Shown: positions 19,965-29,932 of the stretch, piece after piece
Numbering within the stretch: position 1 is the first letter of the stretch
Layout of the letters: each line of letters starts with the position of its first letter
Assembly (NCBI GenBank): GCA_963705505.1
Contig: CAVPJU010000010.1
Location: 802,017 to 866,016 of the forward strand
DNA from: an uncultured bacterium
GTDB taxonomy: Bacteria > Desulfobacterota_D > UBA1144 > Nemesobacterales > UBA2774
DNA length: 64,000 bases
Direction: 5' to 3'
Notes under the pieces: model-generated
Database searches by the model: none
Seen by the model: the letters and a program-made list of their open reading frames with translations, nothing else
Told to the model about the DNA's origin: nothing
Translations under genes and position numbers: made by a program

Positions 19965-20708
19965 ATGAAGCGTGATCAGGTGTTTATTGAACAAAAGGGA
20001 AACATCAATGATTTTGAGTTCAATGACCAGGTGGTGGAAGTCTTCGATGATATGGTAAACCGGAGCGTTCCATTCTATTCGGAGCAGCAAAGGATGATAA
20101 ATGAAATCGGGAAAGTTTTTTCAACCAGCGGCACAAATATATATGATCTAGGGTGCGCTACAGCTACCACTCTCATTAATCTTTGTCAAGACTCCGACCC
20201 GTCGATCCGCCTGATAGGATTTGACAATTCCAAGCCAATGATTGAGAGGGCTCAACAGAAAATATCAGAGCATGGATATGAGAATCGAATCGAAGTGCGT
20301 TATGGTGACTTCAATGGAGATCTCGACTCTATCGATTTGAATAACGCCAGTCTGGTATTGATGTGCTGGACTCTGCAATTTGTGCGTCCTTTAAGAAGAG
20401 ACAAACTCATTAAAAAAATTTACGATTCACTCAGTAAAGGCGGTGCGTTGCTGATTACTGAAAAAATACTCACAAACCACTCACTCCTAAATCGCTATTT
20501 TATAAAATATTATTATGATTATAAGACGCGAAAAGGATATTCAACAGAAGAAATTGTAAATAAGAGGGAGGCACTGGAAAACATTTTGGTCCCGTATAGA
20601 GTTGAAGAAAATTTCGAATTGTTGAGGCGGAATGGATTCGAAACCGTAGATACTTTTTTTCAATGGTACAATTTTGCCGGATTTATTTGCATTAAAGACC
20701 CGGGTTAG
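19965..20708 (+). CDS. cmoA: Carboxy-S-adenosylmethionine synthase-like protein (CmoA family)
   Basis: DFEFNDQVVEVFDDMVNRSVPFY, YDLGC, DNSKPM, WTLQFVRP..R, YSTEEIVNKREALENILVP, FFQWYNF. Start ATG 19965 after GAGG. Confidence 0.82.
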   Translation: MKRDQVFIEQKGNINDFEFNDQVVEVFDDMVNRSVPFYSEQQRMINEIGKVFSTSGTNIYDLGCATATTLINLCQDSDPSIRLIGFDNSKPMIERAQQKISEHGYENRIEVRYGDFNGDLDSIDLNNASLVLMCWTLQFVRPLRRDKLIKKIYDSLSKGGALLITEKILTNHSLLNRYFIKYYYDYKTRKGYSTEEIVNKREALENILVPYRVEENFELLRRNGFETVDTFFQWYNFAGFICIKDPG

Positions 20709-20728
20709 TCATTTAAATCTACTTACCA

Positions 20729-21487
20729 ATGATTAACGAAAAACCTTTTAATTTGATTACTGGCAATATGAACATTCATACATTAATAAAGCGAATAGCC
20801 ATATATATAAGTGGTTTGATTTGTTACAGATGGGATAGATACTACAAATTACCGAGAAGTCTAAATCCTATAAGTCATAAATTCGGCTTTGACAGAGGAT
20901 TGCCCATCGACCGCTATTATACTGAAAAATTTATACGCGCAAACGCCAATGATATACATGGCCGTGTTCTTGAAATTGGAGACGACTACTACACTAAAAA
21001 GTTCGGAACCGATCTTATTACCAAAAGCGATGTATTGCATGTCGTCGATGGTAATCCTCAGGCAACGATCATCGCTGATTTGACTAAGGCTGATAATATT
21101 CCTTCCGATACCTTTGACTGTATAATATTCACTCAAACCCTTCAAATGATTTATGATACGCACTCCGCTTTAAAAAACCTCCACCGAATATTGAAACCCG
21201 GGGGCGTATTGCTAGTTACTACTCACGGAATATGCAAAGTGGGGAGATGGGAGGGTGAGGACGACTGGGGTAAATACTGGCATTTCACTTCTCAAGCAAT
21301 AAAAAAGATGTTTGATACACACTTCATGACCGGGAACTATAAAATCGAGGTATATGGAAACGTACTCTCCGCGATCTCTTATCTGCACGGACTCTCGTCA
21401 AATGAACTAACAATAAATGAGTTAGATTATTCGGATCGTGAGTATGAGGTTTTAATTGCCGTAAGAGCAGTAAAACCTGCCGTATAA
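20729..21487 (+). CDS. Class I SAM-dependent methyltransferase of a type common in polysaccharide loci
   Basis: FGFDRGLPIDRYY.EKF, GRVLEIGDD.YT, FDCIIFTQTLQMIYD, LHRILKPGGVLLVT. Confidence 0.85.
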   Translation: MINEKPFNLITGNMNIHTLIKRIAIYISGLICYRWDRYYKLPRSLNPISHKFGFDRGLPIDRYYTEKFIRANANDIHGRVLEIGDDYYTKKFGTDLITKSDVLHVVDGNPQATIIADLTKADNIPSDTFDCIIFTQTLQMIYDTHSALKNLHRILKPGGVLLVTTHGICKVGRWEGEDDWGKYWHFTSQAIKKMFDTHFMTGNYKIEVYGNVLSAISYLHGLSSNELTINELDYSDREYEVLIAVRAVKPAV

Positions 21488-21802
21488 ATCAATATTAATA
21501 ATACGATCGAGTAAAAAATGTTAAAACTAAATAACAAGCATCCGATCACACTTCAAAGGAATCATGATAAATTTTCAAAGAAAACTTTTAGAAAGAAATA
21601 AATCGCTATTTCGGAGTTAGATTCAGGAATATCTAGACTAATCTCGCTCCAATGCGATTCTTTAAAGGAGTAATAGCAGATAATCCCAAATAATATAGAG
21701 TTGTAGCCGCTCCGGCCCGAACTATGTAATGTTCGATACTGTGTTATTTTTTTAGCTGGTGTAATATTTATATTCAGACTGTTAGGAGACATGTAAATAC
21801 AA

Positions 21803-22615
21803 ATGAGGCGGAATCCGGATTTTTCCATACCCATTTTAATGTATCATCAGGTAAGCGACGATCCTCATCCAAATTTTCTGAAATTTACTGTGACGACAAA
21901 GGGTTTTGAATCACAGATGAAGACCCTGAAACTCCTCGGCTATAAACCCATAGATTTCAGCCAACTAGCAAGATATAAGGAAGGAAAGGACCGACTGCCA
22001 AAAAGACCCGTCATAATCACATTTGACGACGGGTTTCAGGAAGCGGTGGATAATGCTGTTCCAATATTAAATTCTTGCGGATTCACTGCGGTGTTTTATA
22101 TCACAACCGATTATATCGGGAAAAAAAGCGGCTGGATGATTCCTGAAACATCAATCGAATTCCAGGTTATAGATTGGCCCACCGTAATTCATTTGGATTC
22201 ACGCGGATATGAAGTCGGAGCTCACAGTATGACGCATCCTCATATGGATGCCATATCGTTGGAAGCCTGCTCAAAAGAGCTCCGCGGATCGAAAGAGGCT
22301 ATTGAAGAAGTTTTGGGCCACGAAGTACGGCACATGGCATACCCTCACGGCTCGTTTAACGACGATGTTTTGAAATTAGCGCACGAAACAGGCTATCAAA
22401 CGTCCTGTTCATGCGAAATCGCCATTGCGCATTCCGGGAATGACCTTCTGGCCCTGCCGAGAGTCAATATCGAGGCCAGTGACTCCTTGATCGATTTTAT
22501 ATTCAAGCTGCACAAGGCCAGAACACCTGACGAAATTATGCTGATCACGATGAATAGCGTGAAAAGCAAGATCCCGGGAAGATTGAGGAGATTTATTAAA
22601 AAATTTGTTAATTGA
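21803..22615 (+). CDS. Polysaccharide deacetylase (CE4/NodB)
   Basis: PILMYHQV, ITFDDGF, GAHSMTHP, AYPHG, LPR. Confidence 0.92.
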   Translation: MRRNPDFSIPILMYHQVSDDPHPNFLKFTVTTKGFESQMKTLKLLGYKPIDFSQLARYKEGKDRLPKRPVIITFDDGFQEAVDNAVPILNSCGFTAVFYITTDYIGKKSGWMIPETSIEFQVIDWPTVIHLDSRGYEVGAHSMTHPHMDAISLEACSKELRGSKEAIEEVLGHEVRHMAYPHGSFNDDVLKLAHETGYQTSCSCEIAIAHSGNDLLALPRVNIEASDSLIDFIFKLHKARTPDEIMLITMNSVKSKIPGRLRRFIKKFVN

Positions 22616-23652
22616 GGCCGTACGGTAACGACAATATTATTATGATCAAAGTGAGTGTAATAATACCCACATACCAAAGAAAACAATCCGTATTACGTCT
22701 TCTCGATGCACTTAGTTCGCAAACTTTTCCGTCAAACGAATTCGAGGTCATAATTTCGATCGACGGTTCGACAGACGGTACGAAGGAAGCGGTCGATAAT
22801 TACAAAACTCCTTTCGAACTAGGGTCTATTTGGGAAAGTAACGCAGGTAAATCGTCTGCATGCAATAAGGGAATTAAAGACGCCCGGGGAGAATTGTTAA
22901 TCATATTGGATGACGACATGGAGCCGTCTCCCGGACTAGTGCAAGCTCATTATACCGCACATCAGGGCCATACGAAAACCGGTGTAATAGGGGCCGCCCC
23001 TATAATAGTAGAAGAAAATTCACCGCTTGTTGTCCGTTATATCGCCGATAAGTTCAATTCTCATATAAAAAAAATATCAGAACCGGGTTTTAACCTAAGG
23101 ATTTGGGACTTTTACGGCGGGAATTTCTCTATAAGAAGAAAGCTCATGCTGGACGTCGGTCTATTTGACGAAAACTTTAAAGTTTACGGGTACGAGGACG
23201 TCGAGCTCGTAAACCGGCTGCTAAAGGCGGGTGTAAAAATAATATTCAGCCCGGATGCTTTATGCGTTCAGCATTATGAGGATGATCTCAAAGGCCAGGG
23301 GTACAAAACAATCAATTCGGGGAACAATGCTGTTCAACTAGTCAGTTCTCAACCGGAGACATTTACTGAACTCAAGCTCACCGAATATAACTTAACGGGA
23401 TGGAAGTGGCGCTCACTTCGTCTAACTTTAATATGGTTCAGTATCTTGATCCCCGTTACTACGGACATAGTAATCTCTTTAATTAACCTGTTTGAGAAAT
23501 CAAACCCGAAGATGCATAGGAGGCTTTATTCCTTAGCCATGGATTACTTCTTTTGGCTCGGGGTGTGGACAGCTTTGAGACGTGATAAAAACAAGCAACT
23601 CCGCTCCAAAATAAAATCCTTCAAGAAACCCCAAAAATGTCCAACACCGTAG
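22612..23652 (+). CDS. Glycosyltransferase family 2
   Basis: VSVIIPTY, DGSTDGT, LDDD, GLFDENF..YGYED. True start probably ATG 22642. Confidence 0.9.
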   Translation: MRPYGNDNIIMIKVSVIIPTYQRKQSVLRLLDALSSQTFPSNEFEVIISIDGSTDGTKEAVDNYKTPFELGSIWESNAGKSSACNKGIKDARGELLIILDDDMEPSPGLVQAHYTAHQGHTKTGVIGAAPIIVEENSPLVVRYIADKFNSHIKKISEPGFNLRIWDFYGGNFSIRRKLMLDVGLFDENFKVYGYEDVELVNRLLKAGVKIIFSPDALCVQHYEDDLKGQGYKTINSGNNAVQLVSSQPETFTELKLTEYNLTGWKWRSLRLTLIWFSILIPVTTDIVISLINLFEKSNPKMHRRLYSLAMDYFFWLGVWTALRRDKNKQLRSKIKSFKKPQKCPTP

Positions 23653-24773
23653 TTTACTATATAGACAGCAATAATTTCGGCGGCGCGGAACAGGTGTTAC
23701 TCAACCTCGTGAGTAAACTCGACCGAAATTCGTGGCGCCCGATCCTCGCATATCACCAGAGCCCCGGCATTTCCTCGTTTGTAGCAGCCGTAGAAAACCT
23801 GGACGTGGATACCATTTCTATGCCTGAGATTCGGAGCTATAAAGATATCAGGAACATTCTACAATTCGCAAAGAAACTGAAAACCATACGTCCCGCTATC
23901 TTTCATGCAAATCTAAGCTGGCCGCTTTCATGTTCTTATGGCATTATCGCCGCATACCTGGCCGGGGTTAAGACTATTTTAGCCACCCAGCACCTCTATT
24001 CGGATATGAACTCTCGACGGAGCCAACTAGAACAAAAGCTAATATCCTATTTCGTGGACAACTATATTGCGGTATCATTCGATGTAGCCAGACAGCTCAA
24101 AGAAATAATCACTTCCGAAAATAAAGTAAAAGTTGTGCACAACGGAATCATATTGGGAAATTACAGTCACGTAGCAAATAACACACCCGATAGCGACGTT
24201 TACAGCTCCGTGAAGATGAATAGAAATAATTTTCCGATCGTGCTTACCGTAGCACGTCTCGACAAGCAAAAGGGGCACACCTATTTACTTCAAGCCGCGA
24301 GTGATATCCCGGGGACGCTTTTTGTATTCGCCGGGGACGGTCCCGAGAGGGCGAATCTCGAAAATGAGGCGCGTGAGCTGAGTTTGACGGACAGAGTCAT
24401 TTTTTTAGGAAATAGGAACGACATCCCTGCATTGCTGCGCGGATGCGATTTGTTTGTACTCCCGTCTCTCTTCGAGGGATTGCCCCTTTCCATTATTGAA
24501 GCCATGGCGGCAGGCAAACCTGTCATAGCCTCCGATATCAGGGGAGTAGACGAACTGGTAATAAATGGCAAAACAGGATACCTGGCGCCCCCGGGAGACC
24601 CTACTGCTTTAGCGGCCGCGATAAAAACCATCGTGTCGAATCCCCAATTGTCTCAAAAAATCGCATCAGCGGGAAAAACCATGGTATTCAGTGAATTCTC
24701 CGCCGATCAAATGTTAAAAGGCATAACTGAAATATACAATGACAATCTATCCCGCAGAGGATTAATAAATTAA
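23637..24773 (+). CDS. Glycosyltransferase family 4
   Basis: GGAE, VARLDKQKGH, PSLFEGLPLSIIEAMAAGKPV. Confidence 0.92.
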   Translation: MSNTVVYYIDSNNFGGAEQVLLNLVSKLDRNSWRPILAYHQSPGISSFVAAVENLDVDTISMPEIRSYKDIRNILQFAKKLKTIRPAIFHANLSWPLSCSYGIIAAYLAGVKTILATQHLYSDMNSRRSQLEQKLISYFVDNYIAVSFDVARQLKEIITSENKVKVVHNGIILGNYSHVANNTPDSDVYSSVKMNRNNFPIVLTVARLDKQKGHTYLLQAASDIPGTLFVFAGDGPERANLENEARELSLTDRVIFLGNRNDIPALLRGCDLFVLPSLFEGLPLSIIEAMAAGKPVIASDIRGVDELVINGKTGYLAPPGDPTALAAAIKTIVSNPQLSQKIASAGKTMVFSEFSADQMLKGITEIYNDNLSRRGLIN

Positions 24774-24913
24774 GCAAATGGGAAATCACAGAATTACCGA
24801 AGAGCCCATTAATATCATCATAAGCTCGGGCTCACCCTGCTTCGTCGATCGATTGGAGCAGGGCAAATCAAACCTTTTTCTTACAGTTCTTCGTATGAAA
24901 TACGAATAAGGGA

Positions 24914-26167
24914 TTGGCGATAACAATGCGCATCCTCTTTATCTCAAGCTACTTCCCCGACGACATACGTACAAAGGCTCACGGCGTCTATAAGCGGATG
25001 GGGATGTTTATAGAGGCTATAAAAGAAATAGCCTCACTGGATATGCTCTTTTATACACGTCAGGATACGCATTACTCGCCCATACAGACGTCCGAGACGG
25101 AACGTTCGTTAAGCGAACACTGGAAAACGGATATCAGGCTGTCACTCTCGCCCATGGCGGAATACAGGAATCGAACCAAATCCGAAAAACTGACGTCCTT
25201 CGGAAAAGGCATCTTCAGTATTTTCAATCAGCATGGTTACTACGAGCTTAGCGGAGCTGAGCAGGTGCGGGCCCTTGAAGAGTGCCTCGACAGAAGGCCT
25301 GATGCGATCTTCGCACACCGGCTGCCCTCGATGTGCCCTCTGCTGCTCACGAGGAAACCCCTCCCTCCGATTTTTTTCGACTTCGACGATATTGAGCATA
25401 TAGTACAGTTAAGACACATCAAACAACTAAAAAGACTCCGGTCAAAGCTCTTATATCTGCTCATTCCTGCTCTGCGTTCGGGTGAAATGGATGCAGTAAG
25501 ATTAGCCACAGAGACATACGTTTGCTCCGAAAAAGACCGCGCATACCTGGAAAATAAGTTCAACCAGTCCCGTGTAATTACAGTCCCGAATACGGTATCG
25601 ATTCCGGCGTTACAGCCCCCCGCAAATGAAAAGACTCTACTTTTCATCGGTTCTTATTATACGGCCAATCTGCACGCCATAGATTTTCTCGTTAAAAAGA
25701 TCTGGCCTTACGTACATCGGGAAGTCCCGGACGCAAAGCTGATTATTGCCGGAATACCCGCTGATAAGCTCGACATAGATGTCTCCGGAGCACCGGATAT
25801 AGAAATCACCGGATTCGTGGACGACCTGGACGGGCTCTACGGAAGATCCCGCATTATTACCACTCCAATATTCGTCGGAGGCGGCACGCGGATAAAGATC
25901 ATCGAAGCCGCGGCTTACGGGAAGCCGGTAGTATCTAGCACGATAGGAATGGAAGGGATCGATTTGTCCCCCGGAACAGAAATTCTGATACATGACAATC
26001 CGAAAGAATTTGCAGAAGAGTGTGTAAAATTGCTTCGAGACCCCGAATTGTGTAAGGAAATAGGATCGGCGGCAAGGTCAAAAGCCAGACTCCTCTATGA
26101 CAGCAACTCAGTCCTCAAGTTAGTCAGAGACCGTATAATGCATAACATGAAAATATCTGCATCATAA
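24914..26167 (+). CDS. Glycosyltransferase family 4-like (GT-B)
   Basis: TGFVDDL, GGGTRIKIIEAAAYGKPVVSSTIGMEGI. Confidence 0.88.
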   Translation: MAITMRILFISSYFPDDIRTKAHGVYKRMGMFIEAIKEIASLDMLFYTRQDTHYSPIQTSETERSLSEHWKTDIRLSLSPMAEYRNRTKSEKLTSFGKGIFSIFNQHGYYELSGAEQVRALEECLDRRPDAIFAHRLPSMCPLLLTRKPLPPIFFDFDDIEHIVQLRHIKQLKRLRSKLLYLLIPALRSGEMDAVRLATETYVCSEKDRAYLENKFNQSRVITVPNTVSIPALQPPANEKTLLFIGSYYTANLHAIDFLVKKIWPYVHREVPDAKLIIAGIPADKLDIDVSGAPDIEITGFVDDLDGLYGRSRIITTPIFVGGGTRIKIIEAAAYGKPVVSSTIGMEGIDLSPGTEILIHDNPKEFAEECVKLLRDPELCKEIGSAARSKARLLYDSNSVLKLVRDRIMHNMKISAS

Positions 26168-26193
26168 AACATCATTCCGATGTATAATTTTAA

Positions 26194-27118
26194 ATGATGT
26201 CGCAAGTAAGCGTTATTATTCCAACTTATAACAGAGTGAAATTACTCAATAATTCAGTCGCGAGTGTGCTTTCCCAGACTTATCGGGATTTTGAGCTGCT
26301 GGTGATAGACGACTGTTCCACAGACAATACTTCCGATTTTCTTTCCAATATCGCTGACAAAAGAGTACGCTGCATAAAAAATACCTCGAATAAAGGAATT
26401 ACCGCGACAAGGAATATTGCTCTGTCCAATGCAAACGGGAAATACATCGCATTTCTCGACGACGATGATGAATGGATGCCGGACAAGCTGGAAAAACAGA
26501 TAAATTTAATGGAAAACAGTTCTAAGGGTCTCGGCTGCATATATACCGGATGCAATCTCGTCGACGCGGAAGATAATAGATTCAATCAAACAACTGTACC
26601 ACACTATAGAATAAGGATTTTGAATGAATTACTCTTGGAGAATTTCATTATCACTTCCTCGACTCTTATAAAGGCAGACTGTTTCGAAACAGTCGGGATG
26701 TTCGATGAAAGCATGCCGTTCGCCGAGGATTATGACATGTGGATACGAATAGCTCAGGAGTTCGAATTCGATTTCGTCAGATCACCTTTGGTAAATTACC
26801 GCATTCATCGAAATTCGATCAGTTTCAACAATAATGCGATAATAATCGGATTAGAGCGATTACTCACAAAACACGAAAAGCTATTCCTGAAAAACAAAAA
26901 GGCTTATAGTAATCACCTGCTTAGAATCGGTGTCGCATATTGCTATACTGGGAATACCAGAGAAGGCAGGAAAGCGCTTATGAAGTGCATTGGAATATTA
27001 TAAATTCGACAAAAGAGTTTATTATAATCTCCTGCTGACAATCCTTGGTGCGGACATCTTCAAAAAGCTAAAGGAGTTGAAAAAGCAGTATTTCCCTATA
27101 CGTATAAAAACCGGATAA
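26194..27118 (+). CDS. Glycosyltransferase family 2 (one frameshift near 26992)
   Basis: VSVIIPTYNR, DDCSTD, YIAFLDDDDEW.PDKLEKQ, EDYDMWIR. Removing one G extends the frame to ...YYNLLLTILGADIFKKLK...TG-stop 27118. Confidence 0.88.
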
Positions 27119-27179
27119 GCGGGAGGCAACGAAGTGCGGATTCTATAAAATACAGTCCGCGACTTAGGATCAGAGCGCA

Positions 27180-28595
27180 ATGCAGAGATTAAACTTCGCC
27201 GATATAAATATCCAACACATTCTGATATTCTCCGCAATAATACTCGGTGCGATCCTGGGTATTTATATAGGATATAACGGGGCTTCCAAGCTAATAATAG
27301 GAGGGTTATTAGGGGCTATATTTTTTGTTCTGAGCATTATGAGGCCGTGGATAGCAGTAGCGGCCTTCTTCGCATTAATACCTCTCGAAAACCTGTTCGT
27401 GCTGCAGGGCAGTTTGACGGCGACGCTATCCAAGCTGATGGGCGCTTATTTGATCTTTCTTGTGATCATTACAGGGTCACTAAAATATATACACGAAGTT
27501 TTTATAAATAAAAAGGTTTTGGTGCTGGTACTATACGGCGCCCTGGGAATAATTTCGGTCGCCGTATCCAAGCACAAAGATTACGGCATCCCGCTCTTAA
27601 TAACTCTATGGCTGTATATATTCCTATATTTCGTTTTTATAATCATGATAAGGGACATTAAGACGTTATATTATGCAACCTGGGCCTTGCTGGCGGGAGG
27701 AATAATTTCAATAATCAGCCCATACTTTTTCGGATTTGGGAGTGTCGGGGGCTACGAATTAAAACGCTATGGAGGGCTATGGGGAGACCAGAACGAGTTC
27801 GCAGCTCTGCTGCTCGTATTGATTCCACTTTCCATCATGAACTTCTTTATGGACCAGAAGTTAATTTACAAAGTAATCTCGGCAATTACTTCACTCATAC
27901 TTCTGACTGGTCTAATACTAACGTATTCGAGGGGTGGATTCATATCTCTGTTCCTCATGCTTGTACTAGCAATGTTTAAAATAGTAAGTGGGAAAAACAG
28001 GACTAAGATTCTTGCAATATCCGTTCCCTGTATCATCGTAGCTTTTATAATTTTTTATTACGCCTTTGCCGATCAGTTCCTTGCCAGAATGGAAACGCTG
28101 AGTGTATTGTCAAGCAGTGAATCGGCACAAACGGAAGGCTCGCTGAAGCAGAGATATTTCTACTACTTCCAATTAGCCCCGAAACTCTTTATGCAGCACC
28201 CTGTTTTCGGAGTCGGATTTAGGGAGTTCGTGTTTAGCAACCCTTACGGGCAGGTAACACATAATACTTATTTAGAGGTATTGGTAGGAATGGGTGTAAT
28301 AGGATTCATACCTTTCGTAGCCATATTATTTCTTTCATGGAAAGACCTGAGAAGCGCTCAGAAGTTCAATAACAACAATCCGTTTGTCCATTCTTATGCA
28401 GTTGCGCTTGAGATAGGATTCCTGGGTTATCTTTTCGCCAGTATGTTCCTTACGCTGGACTTAAATAAGGTGCTTTGGATGTCGATCGCTCTTACATCAG
28501 TAGTTCTTAATTTAAGCAGGATTTATAGTGGGACTCAGACTACGAATAAAGTCACTAATCGCAACTACAAGACATTAGGAGTAACATACTACTAG
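27180..28595 (+). CDS. O-antigen ligase / Wzy-like polymerase
   Basis: Multi-TM; RYGGLWGDQNEFA, TYSRGG, HPVFGVG, THNTYLEVLVGMGVIG. Confidence 0.85.
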   Translation: MQRLNFADINIQHILIFSAIILGAILGIYIGYNGASKLIIGGLLGAIFFVLSIMRPWIAVAAFFALIPLENLFVLQGSLTATLSKLMGAYLIFLVIITGSLKYIHEVFINKKVLVLVLYGALGIISVAVSKHKDYGIPLLITLWLYIFLYFVFIIMIRDIKTLYYATWALLAGGIISIISPYFFGFGSVGGYELKRYGGLWGDQNEFAALLLVLIPLSIMNFFMDQKLIYKVISAITSLILLTGLILTYSRGGFISLFLMLVLAMFKIVSGKNRTKILAISVPCIIVAFIIFYYAFADQFLARMETLSVLSSSESAQTEGSLKQRYFYYFQLAPKLFMQHPVFGVGFREFVFSNPYGQVTHNTYLEVLVGMGVIGFIPFVAILFLSWKDLRSAQKFNNNNPFVHSYAVALEIGFLGYLFASMFLTLDLNKVLWMSIALTSVVLNLSRIYSGTQTTNKVTNRNYKTLGVTYY

Positions 28596-28725
28596 ACGGT
28601 CGGGAAGACATAGCAGCGGCATTCCTCGCTCAAGAGTGTGAATATCGGTCTAAAGCAAACACATTATCCGATGAGAATTCAAATTATCCGGCCAGACTGA
28701 TAAGTACACATCGGGGAAAAAACAT

Positions 28726-29910
28726 ATGACAATATATATAATCGCGATTTTCATCTTCCTTATAATAGCGCCGTATGTTATCTATCCGGCGGTTATGCTG
28801 GCACTCGGATACGTACTGACGGGTGTTAATCAAGAAAGGTCCGGAGAGACCCCTTATGTAACTATAATAATTCCGACATATAACGAGGAAAAAGTAATAG
28901 CGGAGAGGTTCAAGAATCTGGAGGCCCTGTCGTATCCCATAGACTTGCTTCAAATCATAGTCATCGACAGCGGCTCAAAGGATAAAACTACAGAGCTGGC
29001 CAGGGAATTGGCAAAATCATCGAGCCTCGATTTCCATGTACTCAAACAGGACGAAAGGAAAGGGAAAGCCAATGCCGTCAATTTCGCCATTCAGCACGCA
29101 AAGGGTGAAATAATAATAGTGAGTGATGCGAATGCTCTATTCGAAAAAAACGGCATCGAAGAAATAGTAAAACCATTCGGGAACGCGGAGGTAGGGGGAG
29201 CCGGAGGCAGATTTATAACTTTGGGAAATAACACGGTCGGGAAAGGCGAGGAGTTATATTGGTCCATAGAGGATTACATAAGGCAGACGGAAAGCCGTAT
29301 ATACTCGCTGACTAATTTCAGCGGAGAGTTCAATGCTTTTAGAAAGGGTCTGGGGCTCGTTCTGGATGAAAAAGCTTTGTCGGAAGACCTCGACCTGACC
29401 ATACAAATAATAAAAATGGGGTATAAGGTGATTTATGTGCCGAGCGCCAGAGTTTACGAGCCCAGCGTCGAAAACACGGAGGATTTAATAAAACAGAAAA
29501 AGAGAAGAGCGATTGGAGCTTTACAAGTAGTGTTTAAACACATGGATATGATAGCAAAGCCGAAATTACTCGCATTCAACGTCTTGTTCTTCTTTCACCG
29601 TACCCTGCGTCTTTTTACACCTATACTGACGCTGATATTGCTGATACCCCTTTGCTATCTATTCTTCGCATCCGGCTACCGTTACAAATACGAGGCGCTC
29701 GGAATAACGGCTGCTGTAGTTGTTGTAGCGAGCCTCATAACCAGTCTTGTTTTTAAGAAAAGTCTAATACGGAATCTCTATTACTTTCTAGTACTGCAGT
29801 ATTCATACGTACTGGCTTGGATCGAGTTCATCACCGGCAAATATAAAGTCACGTGGGAGAAAACCGAAAGCAGCCGTGATCTGAAAAACGTGATGGGCAG
29901 GATGAAATGA
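28726..29910 (+). CDS. Membrane GT2 (cellulose-synthase-like, IcaA/PgaC-like fold)
   Basis: N- and C-terminal TMs; IIPTYNEE, DSGSKD, GKANAVN, SDAN, SED, QKKRR in place of QxxRW. Confidence 0.85.
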   Translation: MTIYIIAIFIFLIIAPYVIYPAVMLALGYVLTGVNQERSGETPYVTIIIPTYNEEKVIAERFKNLEALSYPIDLLQIIVIDSGSKDKTTELARELAKSSSLDFHVLKQDERKGKANAVNFAIQHAKGEIIIVSDANALFEKNGIEEIVKPFGNAEVGGAGGRFITLGNNTVGKGEELYWSIEDYIRQTESRIYSLTNFSGEFNAFRKGLGLVLDEKALSEDLDLTIQIIKMGYKVIYVPSARVYEPSVENTEDLIKQKKRRAIGALQVVFKHMDMIAKPKLLAFNVLFFFHRTLRLFTPILTLILLIPLCYLFFASGYRYKYEALGITAAVVVVASLITSLVFKKSLIRNLYYFLVLQYSYVLAWIEFITGKYKVTWEKTESSRDLKNVMGRMK

Positions 29911-29932
29911 GTTTATTAGTACAACATTATAT

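Noticed and set aside
21488..21834. 90-aa minus-strand ORF in the 315-nt spacer inside the glycan locus
   Set aside because: No recognisable motif, and it overlaps the deacetylase start; probably spurious.
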